From an uncultured delta proteobacterium (GTDB taxonomy: Bacteria > Myxococcota_A > Polyangia > Polyangiales > Polyangiaceae), in NCBI GenBank assembly GCA_963763745.1, contig CAVXQJ010000001.1, positions 258,431 through 276,592 of the forward strand: 18,162 nucleotides of DNA. The letters are read 5' to 3'. The notes beneath the pieces are model-generated. The model had not been told where the DNA came from. It did not search any database and saw only the letters and a list, made by a program, of their open reading frames with translations. Made by a program: the position numbers and the translations under genes. Positions within the stretch are counted from its first letter, which is position 1. Every line of letters starts with the position of its first letter. Below, one piece after another: positions 7,659 to 15,530 of this stretch.

Positions 7659-8764
7659 TCAAAACGGGAGGACGTCGGTTGGTATCGCGCGCGACTCGAA
7701 CGTTCCGTCGCCGAGCTGACCGCTTTGGTTGCTGCCCCAGCACACGATGCGCTCGTCCGAGAGAATGGCGCACGAATGAAACGAGCCGCACGCGATGGCG
7801 GTCGCGCCGCTCGCAATCGCAGTGACGGGCTTGGTCGACGAAGCGGTCGTCCCATCGCCGAGCTGGAACGTGCTGTTCGCGCCGAAGCAAACGACGGCGC
7901 CCGTCGCGAGGAGCGCGCACGTGTGCGAATCGCCCGCGCAAACGTCCACGACTCCGCTCGTCAAGCTTCCGTCGCCGAGCTGGCCGGCTGCGTCGAATCC
8001 GAAGCATGTGAGCGCGCCGGCCGCGACGATGCACGTGTGTGTGCCGCCGAGCGCGATCTTCGACGGCGCGCTCGCGTTCGTTTTCGTCGGCACACAAACG
8101 GTCGACGTCTGGCCGTCGCCGAGCTTTCCGCTGTCGTCGTCTCCCCAGCACATGAGGCCGCTCGTCGTGATCGCGCACGCATCGAACTCGAGACCGAGCG
8201 CGATCGATGTCGCGCCCGTGACGCCGTTCGCGACCGGCGTGAGCGCGTTCGTGATGTCGTTGTTTCCGAGCGCGCAATATCCGCCCTGACCGAAGCAGCG
8301 CACGCTTCCATCGAGCGCCACCGCGCACGTCGTTCCGTAACCCGCCGCGATCGCCGCAGACGGCGGGAGTGCGATGGGCGTGGTGATCGCGTGCGACGCG
8401 TTCGTGCCGTCGCCGAGCTGCCCGAATGCGTTTTCGCCGAAGCAATACGTCGCGCCGGCCGACGTGATCGCGCACGCGTGATCGACGCCGACGGAGAGCG
8501 CCGTCACCGCGGCGAGCGAAAACGCGACGGGCTTCGGTTGATTTCCTCCGAAGAGTTGACCGAAGCACGCGAGCGCGCCGCTCGAACGCACCGCGCAAGT
8601 CGTCGCCGCGCCGGCGCTGACGAGCGGCGTTGCGTTCGGCGGGCGAGCCGCTTCTGCGGAGAGCGCGTCGTGCGACGCGTCTTGTGCCCCATCGAGCTCG
8701 GTGCGCGATCCACACGCGACGAACAGGACGCACACGCCGACGTGCGCGGCTCTCGATTCTGACA
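7659..8764 (-). CDS. RCC1-repeat (regulator of chromosome condensation-like) beta-propeller lipoprotein
   Basis: ORF 7659..8852; the preferred start is GTG 8762-8764 (VSESRAAHVGVCVLFVACGS, lipobox-like FVAC), because ATG 8852 would overlap the divergent rnhA. There are about seven RCC1 repeats with the hallmark C(F/W)G.N..GQLGDG (CFGENAFGQLGDG, CWGDDDSGKLGDG, CFGFDAAGQLGDG, CFGANSTFQLGDG, CWGSNQSGQLGDG). It ends 26 nt upstream of gpmI. Confidence 0.8.
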
Positions 8765-8781
8765 CTCCACCATAGTATCCA

Positions 8782-9453
8782 ATGTCGATGCCGTGGAAGG
8801 AGGCCTCGCTACGCGGACAGCGCGTGCTCGCGCGCGTGAAGGCCGACGGCACGCTCGACGAAAAAGAGAGCCGCGTGGAGATTCGCTATCGCGAAACCGA
8901 TGGTCGCGCGTACCACGCGCGCGCGGCGAACCTCGTGGTCGCCAAGGACGCGAAGGTGATGTCCGACGACACGTGCGCCCCCGCGGACAAACCGAAGGCG
9001 AAGACGGCCAAAGCGCCCGAAATAAACCATGCAGACTACAAGGATTCGTGGATCGCCTACACGGACGGCGCGTGCACGGGAAATCCCGGGCCCGCGGGGA
9101 GCGGGACGATCGTCATCGCGCCCAGCGGAAAGATCGCCGAGTCGTATGCGTACCTCGGCGAAGGGACGAACAACGTCGCCGAGCTGACGGCGATCGAGAA
9201 GGCGCTCGAGCGAACGCCGCGCGAGGAGTCGCTCGTGCTCCACACCGACAGCCAGTACGCGATCGGCGTTCTCACGAAGGGATGGAAGGCGAAGGCGAAC
9301 ACCGACCTCATCGCGCGCATTCGCAAAGCGCTCCACGGCCGGCGCGTGCGGTTCGTGTATGTGCCGGGTCACGCGGGCGTTCCGATGAACGAGCGCGCCG
9401 ACGAGCTCGCGCGCGAAGCGATCAAGACGCGCTCGAGCTCGCGCGCGGAGTGA
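8782..9453 (+). CDS. rnhA: Ribonuclease HI with an atypical ~90-aa N-terminal extension
   Basis: The C-terminal 140 aa match the RNase H fold signature: IAYTDGACTGNPGPAGSG, GTNNVAELTAI, LHTDSQYAIGVLTKGWKAKAN, VPGHAGVPMNERADELAREA (the DEDD catalytic residues are in place). The N-terminal region MSMPWKEASLRGQRVLARVKADGTLDEKESRVEIRYRETDGRAYHARAANLV is coding-like but does not resemble the canonical hybrid-binding domain. Confidence 0.9.
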   Translation: MSMPWKEASLRGQRVLARVKADGTLDEKESRVEIRYRETDGRAYHARAANLVVAKDAKVMSDDTCAPADKPKAKTAKAPEINHADYKDSWIAYTDGACTGNPGPAGSGTIVIAPSGKIAESYAYLGEGTNNVAELTAIEKALERTPREESLVLHTDSQYAIGVLTKGWKAKANTDLIARIRKALHGRRVRFVYVPGHAGVPMNERADELAREAIKTRSSSRAE

Positions 9454-9457
9454 CGAC

Positions 9458-10495
9458 GTGAAGACGCGCGATCGAGTGATTTCCGTCGCGCTCGTGGGTG
9501 GGATCATCGCGTTCATTTGGTGGGGTGGGTCGCATTTGCGAAACGTGACGGCCGTGGCGGACGCCGCGCCGAGCGCGAGCGGATCGTCGTCAGCGCATCC
9601 CGTTGCGAATGCGAGCGCGAGCGCATCGGCGAGCGCGTCCGCATCGGCGAGCGTCGCGATCGCGGACGCCGCGCCGCCGCCGATTTCCGGCGCGTGCAAG
9701 ACGATGAACGACGCATCGACGAAGAAGCTCGACGACGCGAGGACAGCACGCCCGTGCACGTCGTCGTTCGATCTCGCGATGCTCGGATGCCGGACGTCGC
9801 AGAACGGCGCGACGTGGGGCCTGCGCGTCGACGACGTCGTCGATCTCGGAACGAGCGACGCAGGCGACTGCGACACGGGATGGCTCGTGCGCCTCGTGCA
9901 CCTCGACGTGAACGGCGCGGAGAACGCGATGGTGCCCGGCCTGTCGTCGACGAAGCTCGCGCATACGTACGACGTGGATGCGATCACGCGGCTCGAGGGC
10001 GTCGCGTTCTTCGATTGGGACGGCGACGGCGAGGATGAAGTCTTCGTTCACTCGGTGCGTCCGTTCGAGAGACGGAGCGGCGTGTGGACGTTCAAGAGCG
10101 GCGATGGCGGCTCGCGCGTCGCGCCGTATGCGCCCGCCGCGCCGTTCGATGCGTCCTCCGTTCGCGACGTCGACGGCGACGGGCGCCCCGATTTGATCGT
10201 GAAGCTCCCCTTCGGCTCGCACGAATTCGTCGCGCACTCGCTCTCCGACGGAACGTTCACCGCGCACGACGCGATCGCCGTCGCGTTCGCCGAGAAGCAA
10301 TGTCCGACCGATCCCGCGCTCGATCTCGCGACGATCGACGACGCGACCGCCGAAGCCATCGCGTGCAAGCTCGTCTGGGGTCACGACCCGAAGGCGATCG
10401 ACGCCGACGTGACGAAGGCGTGCGGCCAAAAAGGGCTGTGCCCCGCGTGGACGGCTCGAATCGCGCGATCGAAGGCGCCGCTTTCGCTGCGCTGA
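9458..10495 (+). CDS. Membrane-anchored hypothetical protein with a Ser/Ala/Pro-rich linker and FG-GAP-like Ca-binding loop motifs
   Basis: GTG start 4 nt after the rnhA stop. N-terminal signal-anchor helix VISVALVGGIIAFIWWGG, then the low-complexity linker SASGSSSAHPVANASASASASASASASVAIADAAPPP, then a Cys-containing domain with DxDGDG loops (FFDWDGDGEDEVFV, VRDVDGDGRPDLIVKL) typical of FG-GAP/VCBS repeats. No confident family assignment is possible. Confidence 0.6.
   Translation: MKTRDRVISVALVGGIIAFIWWGGSHLRNVTAVADAAPSASGSSSAHPVANASASASASASASASVAIADAAPPPISGACKTMNDASTKKLDDARTARPCTSSFDLAMLGCRTSQNGATWGLRVDDVVDLGTSDAGDCDTGWLVRLVHLDVNGAENAMVPGLSSTKLAHTYDVDAITRLEGVAFFDWDGDGEDEVFVHSVRPFERRSGVWTFKSGDGGSRVAPYAPAAPFDASSVRDVDGDGRPDLIVKLPFGSHEFVAHSLSDGTFTAHDAIAVAFAEKQCPTDPALDLATIDDATAEAIACKLVWGHDPKAIDADVTKACGQKGLCPAWTARIARSKAPLSLR
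9608..9655 (+). repeat. Imperfect (GCGAGC/GCATCG)n microsatellite encoding (Ala-Ser)n
   Basis: gcgaatgcgagcgcgagcgcatcggcgagcgcgtccgcatcggcgagc, with 6-nt and 12-nt periodicity, inside the linker of the 9458..10495 protein. Confidence 0.7.
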
Positions 10496-10517
10496 ACGGC
10501 GCGCTAGAAAGCACGTC

Positions 10518-11309
10518 ATGCCGTCGATCTTTCGGCCCGGCTTGTTCGAGAATCGCGTCGCCATCGTCACGGGTGGCGGGAGCGGGATCGGCTTCGCCAT
10601 CGCGCGCGATTTGGGGATGCTCGGCGCGAAGGTCGCCATCGCGAGCCGCAAACAAGAGCGCATCGACGCGGCCAAGGCCGAGCTCGCGAAGGCGGGCGTC
10701 CACGTTTTCGGCGCCGCGTGCGACATCCGCGAGACCGAACAGGTCGCCAAGCTCGTCGATACGGTGATGAAGGAGCTCGGGCCCATCGACGTCCTCGTGA
10801 ACAACGCGGGCGGGCAATTTCCGACCGCCGCCGAGAACCTCACGACGAAAGGTTGGGACGCGGTCATCCGCAACAACCTCAGCGGCACGTTCTACATGAC
10901 GCAAGCCGTCGCGACGAAGTCGATGATCCCGCGTAAAAAAGGGCGGATCGTGAACATCATCGCGAACGTCGCACGCGGATTTCCCGGGATGATCCACACG
11001 GGCGCGGCGCGCGCGGGCGTCGAGAACATGACGAAGACGCTCGCGGTGGAGTGGGCGCAGTACGACATCCAAGTGAACGCGGTCGCGCCGGGCGTGATTC
11101 GATCGAGCGGCGTCGATCAGTACCCGCCCGAGATCGTCGAGATGAGCCGGCAGCGGACGCCCGCGAAGCGTCTCGGCACGGTCGACGAGGTGAGCGATTT
11201 GGTGGTCTACCTGGCGAGCGACGCGGCGTCGTTCGTGACGGGCGAGACGTGGTACATCGACGGCGGCGCGCATTTGTGGGGCGACACGTGGATGATTCCA
11301 GACCGGTGA
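10518..11309 (+). CDS. SDR-family NAD(P)-dependent oxidoreductase (enoyl/dienoyl-CoA reductase-like)
   Basis: Rossmann motif VAIVTGGGSGIGFAIA, NNAGG, and an SDR active-site region with GAARAGVENMTKTLAVEW; length 263 aa. The stop TGA 11307-11309 overlaps the GTG start of the next gene. Confidence 0.9.
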   Translation: MPSIFRPGLFENRVAIVTGGGSGIGFAIARDLGMLGAKVAIASRKQERIDAAKAELAKAGVHVFGAACDIRETEQVAKLVDTVMKELGPIDVLVNNAGGQFPTAAENLTTKGWDAVIRNNLSGTFYMTQAVATKSMIPRKKGRIVNIIANVARGFPGMIHTGAARAGVENMTKTLAVEWAQYDIQVNAVAPGVIRSSGVDQYPPEIVEMSRQRTPAKRLGTVDEVSDLVVYLASDAASFVTGETWYIDGGAHLWGDTWMIPDR

Positions 11310-13234
11310 CACCGCCTCCCGAGGCGAGCAAGACGACCTTCAAGGAGAAGGTGCGCGCGCTCGGCTCGCGCGTGTGGGCGAAGCTCCGCGGTTGGTGCGT
11401 GACGTACTTCATCGACGACCCGCTGACGTTCGTCGCCGCGCTCGTTCCGCTGTGTTTCTTGTCGATTGCACTCTACACGCGTCACCCGCGGACGAATTTC
11501 ATCTTCGACGAACAAGAGGCGCTGCTCGCGAATCCGTACGTGCGCTCCGTCGCCGATCCGCAATCGCATCTGCATTGGCTCGACGCATTCCGCCGCGACT
11601 TTTGGGGGCTCCCGCACGATCGCACGATCGGATCGTATCGGCCGCTTCCGGATCTCGTGTGGCGCGCGTTCTGGGGCGTCGGCGCGCGCGAGCAGAGCCC
11701 GTTCTTGCATCACTGGGTGAACGTGCTCCTCCACGGCGTGAACGGCGCGCTCGTGACGGTGATCGGGCTTCGCCTGACGAAGGATCGCTTGATCGCGTGG
11801 CTCGCGGGCGGCGTGTTCGTCGCGGCGGCGGTCGTGACGGAAGCGGTGAGCGGCGTCGTCGGTCTCGCGGACGTGCTCGGCGCGCTCGGCGCGCTCCTCG
11901 CGCTGTGCTCGCTCGCGCTTCCGATGTGGGCGATGCCGTTCGCGGTCGCCGCATCGACGCTCTTCGGTTTGTACTCGAAGGAGAGCGCGCTCTGCATCGT
12001 GCCGATGGTGCCGTTCGCGGCGCTCTTCGTCTCGGACCTCACGCACCCGAAGCGCCCGATGCGCTGGGTGCGTTGCGCGCTCGCGGCGATCGCCACGACG
12101 GCCGCGTTCGTCTTCTACGTGGAGCAACGCCGCCGCATGTTCCCCGCGACGCTCCCGCCGGATCTCTCCATCGAAGCAAACCTCGGCAAACCGTGGGCGA
12201 CGCGCTTCTACCACTCTCTCCTTCGTTGGTATGCGCAGCCGATCTTGCCGAAGGATCCGCTGAACAACCCGCTCGTCGACGCGACGGGCCCGCAGCGCGT
12301 CGCGGCAGGTTTCCGCGTGTACTCGCGCGGCATCGGCGAAGTTCTCTTTCCGTATCACTTGTCCGGCGACTACTCGGCGCCGCAAGAACCCATTCCGTCG
12401 CGGCTCGTTTTTCCGGAGAGCATCACGGGCGCGCTCGCGCTGCTCGGCCCGATCGTTGGCGCGCCGATTTTGGGCTGGATGGGCGTGCGAAAGAAGAAGC
12501 CGCTCTACGCGATCGCGGCCGTCGCGATGATGTGGATCGTCGTCAGTTATTTTCCGGTGTCGAACATTCCCATCGTGCTGCCGACGGTGCGCGCGGAGCG
12601 CTTCTGGTACTTCCCGGTGATCGGCACGAGCTTCTTGCTCGCGTTCTTCTTCGCGTGGGTGCTTCGCAGGACGCGCGCGCGAAACCGCGCGTGGCTCGGC
12701 GTCGCCATCGTCGCGGGATTTTTTCTGTGGCAATCGATCGCCGCGCGCGCGCACGCCAACGACTACACCGACGATTTGGTTTTCTGGAACGCGACGCGCT
12801 TCGCCGTTCCGAACAGCGCGAAGGCGCACCTCAATTACTCCGTGATGAAAGGCGCGCGCGGCGATCTCGAAGAGCGCCGAAAAGCCAACGTGCGCGCTCT
12901 CGAGCTCGCCCCGAATTGGCCCATGGCGAACATCTACCTCGGCGACACGCTCTGCCGCATGCACCGCGCGCAAGAAGCCTGGCCGCACTACAAACGCGGC
13001 TTCGAGCTCGCGCCCGGCGATCCGAATTTGATTTCGCTCGCGCTCCAATGCTTGTGGGACGAAAAATATTATTCGACCGTCGCCGACGAGCTCGCTGAGA
13101 TGGGCGCGGCGCAGCCCGGCTCGTGGCTCGACTTCTTGCAGCGCGACATGTCCGACCACGGCGAAGAGCACAACGGCGTCGATCCGAAATACCGCCCGCG
13201 CGGATACAACGAAGGCCCGAAGAACGAAAACTGA
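11306..13234 (+). CDS. Polytopic membrane GT-C glycosyltransferase-like protein with C-terminal TPR repeats (PMT/TMTC-like, DUF1736-type)
   Basis: In the frame of ORF 11051..13234, but the portion upstream of 11306 overlaps the SDR gene and is Arg-rich. The proposed start is GTG 11306-11308, which overlaps the SDR stop in GTGA. About 10 predicted TM helices. The first loop carries FIFDEQEALLANPYV (the DE motif used by GT-C PMT-type enzymes) and FWG....YRPL (a DUF1736/TMTC-like motif). C-terminal TPR-like helices (ANVRALELAPNWPMANIYLGDTLCRMHRAQEAWPHYKRGFELAPGDPN). Confidence 0.7.
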   Translation: MTPPPEASKTTFKEKVRALGSRVWAKLRGWCVTYFIDDPLTFVAALVPLCFLSIALYTRHPRTNFIFDEQEALLANPYVRSVADPQSHLHWLDAFRRDFWGLPHDRTIGSYRPLPDLVWRAFWGVGAREQSPFLHHWVNVLLHGVNGALVTVIGLRLTKDRLIAWLAGGVFVAAAVVTEAVSGVVGLADVLGALGALLALCSLALPMWAMPFAVAASTLFGLYSKESALCIVPMVPFAALFVSDLTHPKRPMRWVRCALAAIATTAAFVFYVEQRRRMFPATLPPDLSIEANLGKPWATRFYHSLLRWYAQPILPKDPLNNPLVDATGPQRVAAGFRVYSRGIGEVLFPYHLSGDYSAPQEPIPSRLVFPESITGALALLGPIVGAPILGWMGVRKKKPLYAIAAVAMMWIVVSYFPVSNIPIVLPTVRAERFWYFPVIGTSFLLAFFFAWVLRRTRARNRAWLGVAIVAGFFLWQSIAARAHANDYTDDLVFWNATRFAVPNSAKAHLNYSVMKGARGDLEERRKANVRALELAPNWPMANIYLGDTLCRMHRAQEAWPHYKRGFELAPGDPNLISLALQCLWDEKYYSTVADELAEMGAAQPGSWLDFLQRDMSDHGEEHNGVDPKYRPRGYNEGPKNEN

Positions 13235-13240
13235 GAAGGA

Positions 13241-14683
13241 CTACTTCGAGGTGGCGGCGACGAGCGTGGTGGAGGTCCAGTAGACGCTCGTGGCGTCGAC
13301 GGCGACGAAGCGCAGGTCGCCTTGGTTCGTGGCCAGCGTCTTCGAGATGCCGCCGCTGACGGGGAGGCGATGGATGCTGCCGTCCGTCGCGCCCCAGTAA
13401 AGCGCAACGCCGTCCGTGACGAGGTTCGTTGCGATCTTCTCGTTCGTTGCGAGCGTGGTGGGCTGTGCGGTGCCCGTCTTCGGGTGCGACTGCACCTCGA
13501 GGCCCAGGCCGATCCAGTAAATCGAATTTGCGTCCTGCGCGATTTCCATGGCGTCCACGACTTCGAACGTCTTCGCGGTCGCGTTCTGCTGATCGATCGG
13601 CGCGGACCAGATCTCACCGGTGAAGTCGGCGAGGTAGATCGTGGTCGAGTCGACGGCGGCCGAGAGCGGATCGTTCAGCGACGTGATCGTCACGGGTGCG
13701 GCCGAGCCGTCCGTGACGACGCGACCGGCGAGCGCGCCCGTCGAGTAGTACGCGTAGCCTGCGCTCGTCGTCAGCGTCTGCACGCCCGACAACGTCGCGA
13801 GCGTCGATACGGTGCCGCCCGTGAGAAGCTGCGATTGAATCAGCGTGTTGACGTGGAGCCACACGATGCGCCCCGAGTCGATGGCGAGCGCGGTGGCTTG
13901 GTTGTCGGCGTAGACGAGCTGGGCGGTGCCACCGCCAATGGGGACCTTCTCGATTCCGCCGTTCGTGCTCGATTGATTGACGAAGTAGACGAAGCTCGAA
14001 TCGACGGCGAGCCCGCCGAGCTGCCCGGTCGCGTAGGTGATGATGGGACACACGCCTGCCGTGCACGTCCCGTTGCCGCCGCACACGCGGTTGCAGACGC
14101 CGCAGTTCCCGCTGCTCGTTTGCAAATTCGCTTCGCACCCGTTCGAGCCGACGCCGTCGCAGTCGGAGAACGGCGCGATGCATTGCGAGCTGCACTGACC
14201 CTTCGAGCAAATCGGCGTCTCGTTCGCGCCGGTGGTGCTGCATGGCGTGTTGCAGTCGCCGCAGTGTTGCACGTCGTTCTGCGTGTCGATGCAGTCCGTG
14301 CCGCACGTCGTGAGTGGGCAAACGCACGTGCTGTTCGAGCAGAGCGATCCGTGGCTGCACGCGTTCCCGCACGAGCCGCAGTTGGTCGTGTCGGAGGAGA
14401 GATCCGCGCAGAACGCGGCGCCCGACGTCCCGCACGCGACCTCGGATTTGCCGGGGCACGTCGTGCAAAACGATTCGGAGCAGAGCTGGTTTTGCGCGCA
14501 CGCATTTCCACACGAGCCGCAGTTGAAACGATCCGATGACACATCGACGCACGCGCCGTTGCAGACCGTCAGCGGCCCCGCGTCGCAGCTCGAGCCCGCG
14601 TCGTCGGTGTACGTGACGTCATAGGTCCGACACGCGCCGAACAGCACGACGATCGCCACCACCGAATTTCGCACCCACGCCAC
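13241..14683 (-). CDS. Secreted Cys-rich repeat protein (Myxococcus-type CGSCGNAC repeats) fused to a YWTD-like beta-propeller
   Basis: Signal peptide MAWVRNSVVAIVVLFGAC. Six or more Cys-rich modules (FNCGSCGNACAQNQLCSESFC, TNCGSCGNACSHGSLCSNSTCVC, QHCGDCNTPC, GNCGVCNRVCGGNGTCTAGVC), then propeller blades marked by VYFV, IVWL, IYLAD, IYWIG, LYWGATDGSIHRLP, VYWTS. It is convergent with the TMTC-like gene, 6 nt apart. Confidence 0.75.
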   Translation of the reverse strand: MAWVRNSVVAIVVLFGACRTYDVTYTDDAGSSCDAGPLTVCNGACVDVSSDRFNCGSCGNACAQNQLCSESFCTTCPGKSEVACGTSGAAFCADLSSDTTNCGSCGNACSHGSLCSNSTCVCPLTTCGTDCIDTQNDVQHCGDCNTPCSTTGANETPICSKGQCSSQCIAPFSDCDGVGSNGCEANLQTSSGNCGVCNRVCGGNGTCTAGVCPIITYATGQLGGLAVDSSFVYFVNQSSTNGGIEKVPIGGGTAQLVYADNQATALAIDSGRIVWLHVNTLIQSQLLTGGTVSTLATLSGVQTLTTSAGYAYYSTGALAGRVVTDGSAAPVTITSLNDPLSAAVDSTTIYLADFTGEIWSAPIDQQNATAKTFEVVDAMEIAQDANSIYWIGLGLEVQSHPKTGTAQPTTLATNEKIATNLVTDGVALYWGATDGSIHRLPVSGGISKTLATNQGDLRFVAVDATSVYWTSTTLVAATSK

Positions 14684-14722
14684 GTTCGAAGCCTAGCGCA
14701 AAGCCGCGTGGCCGTGGGCCAG

Positions 14723-14744
14723 TGGCGCGGCCGGCCGGGCCACG
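14723..14744. promoter_or_regulatory. 22-bp GC-rich imperfect palindrome in the divergent promoter region between the Cys-rich protein gene and the cytochrome c gene
   Basis: GTGGCGCGGCC|GGCCGGGCCAC: 11-bp arms with one mismatch and no spacer. It is the only dyad in the 121-bp intergenic region 14684..14804. Candidate operator; it is too GC-rich for a sigma70 promoter element. Confidence 0.3.
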
Positions 14745-14804
14745 CCGTTTGCGCGGGTTTCTCGACGGTTTCGCGCGGCATGCGCCTCGCAAAACCGACG
14801 CGCC

Positions 14805-15431
14805 ATGAAAAAGCTCTTCCTCTTCGCCGCTCCGATCGCCGCGCTTGCGTGCTTCGCGTGCTTCGTGTCGCCGCCATCTTCGAGCACGTCGTCCACCACG
14901 ACGGGTCAGGCGCTCGCGACGTCGCTCGCGTGCGCGTCGTGTCATGGCTCCGACTTCTCGGGATCGGAATCGCCGATCGCGCCGGGCGTCTACGCCGCCA
15001 ACCTCACGCCCGACATCGCGACGGGTCTCGGCTCGTGGAGCGACGACGACATCACGCGCGCGATTCGCACCGGTCAAGACGATCAAGACAGCGCGCTGTG
15101 CGCGAAGATGCCGCGCTTCTCCACGCTCGCGGATGATCAAGCGAGCGCGCTCGTCGCGTACCTGCGATCGCTTCCAGCGATCGCACACGACATCCCGGAG
15201 AGCGAGTGCGACGCGCCACCCGATCTCGACGACGGAGGACCCGGCGACGGCGGCGTCGACATCGTCACGGACGACGCGCCTTCGTGCGAAGGCTTCGCCG
15301 ACCCCAACACGACGGCGACGTGTCACGCGTGCTCGAGCGGCCAAGCGTCTTGTCAGCACAACGGCTGCTTCGGCGGATACTTCTGCGACCTAGCAGCGCT
15401 GCATTGCGTCCCAAAGCCGAGCGGATGTTGA
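14805..15431 (+). CDS. Secreted or lipoprotein c-type cytochrome (class I) with a C-terminal Cys-rich extension
   Basis: Signal peptide MKKLFLFAAPIAALAC. Heme-binding CASCH (CXXCH). Met ligand in MPRF. Class I cytochrome c tail LADDQASALVAYLRSLPA. A C-terminal ~70 aa follows with 8 Cys (SCEGF..TCHACSSGQASCQHNGCFGGYFC..HCVPKPSGC). Confidence 0.8.
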   Translation: MKKLFLFAAPIAALACFACFVSPPSSSTSSTTTGQALATSLACASCHGSDFSGSESPIAPGVYAANLTPDIATGLGSWSDDDITRAIRTGQDDQDSALCAKMPRFSTLADDQASALVAYLRSLPAIAHDIPESECDAPPDLDDGGPGDGGVDIVTDDAPSCEGFADPNTTATCHACSSGQASCQHNGCFGGYFCDLAALHCVPKPSGC

Positions 15432-15443
15432 GACGCGCTGGAC

Positions 15444-15463
15444 GTGAACGCGTGCGCGTTCAC
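15444..15463. promoter_or_regulatory. 20-bp inverted repeat GTGAACGCG-TG-CGCGTTCAC between the cytochrome c stop and the czcA start
   Basis: Perfect 9-bp arms with a 2-nt spacer, 13 nt after the cytochrome c stop and 68 nt before the czcA ATG. It is followed by CCCCGAAAAAATAGGG, an A-run rather than a T-run, so it is not a canonical plus-strand intrinsic terminator. It could be a regulator binding site for the efflux gene or an atypical terminator. Confidence 0.3.
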
Positions 15464-15530
15464 CCCGAAAAAATAGGGCGATTTGCGATCGCGCGACTCG
15501 GCGTTCTAGTTGCATGTAGCGCGCCAGCTC

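Noticed and set aside
7633-7680. Sigma70 promoter for gpmI in the relatively AT-rich spacer (gaaaatatcatcaatcggcatcaaaac)
   Set aside because: I could not place -35 and -10 hexamers with acceptable 16-18 nt spacing. gpmI may be transcribed from the RCC1 gene promoter.
7207-9987. ORFs 7207..8733 (-), 7614..8762 (+) and 8809..9987 (-), each 380 to 508 aa
   Set aside because: Arg-rich shadow ORFs overlapping RCC1, rnhA and the 9458 gene in other frames. The only real coding part of 7207..8733 is its last ~45 codons, the gpmI N-terminus.
9590-14552. ORFs 9590..10888 (-), 10257..11312 (-), 11207..13171 (-), 13322..14539 (+), 13614..14552 (-) and 13840..14544 (-)
   Set aside because: All lie opposite or out of frame to well-supported genes (SDR, TMTC-like, Cys-rich protein) and consist of R/A/D/E/G low-complexity strings with no recognisable domain.
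15444-15480. Intrinsic terminator for the cytochrome c gene
   Set aside because: The hairpin is followed by an A-run (CCCCGAAAAAATAGGG), not a U-run, on the coding strand. I kept it only as a possible operator or atypical terminator.
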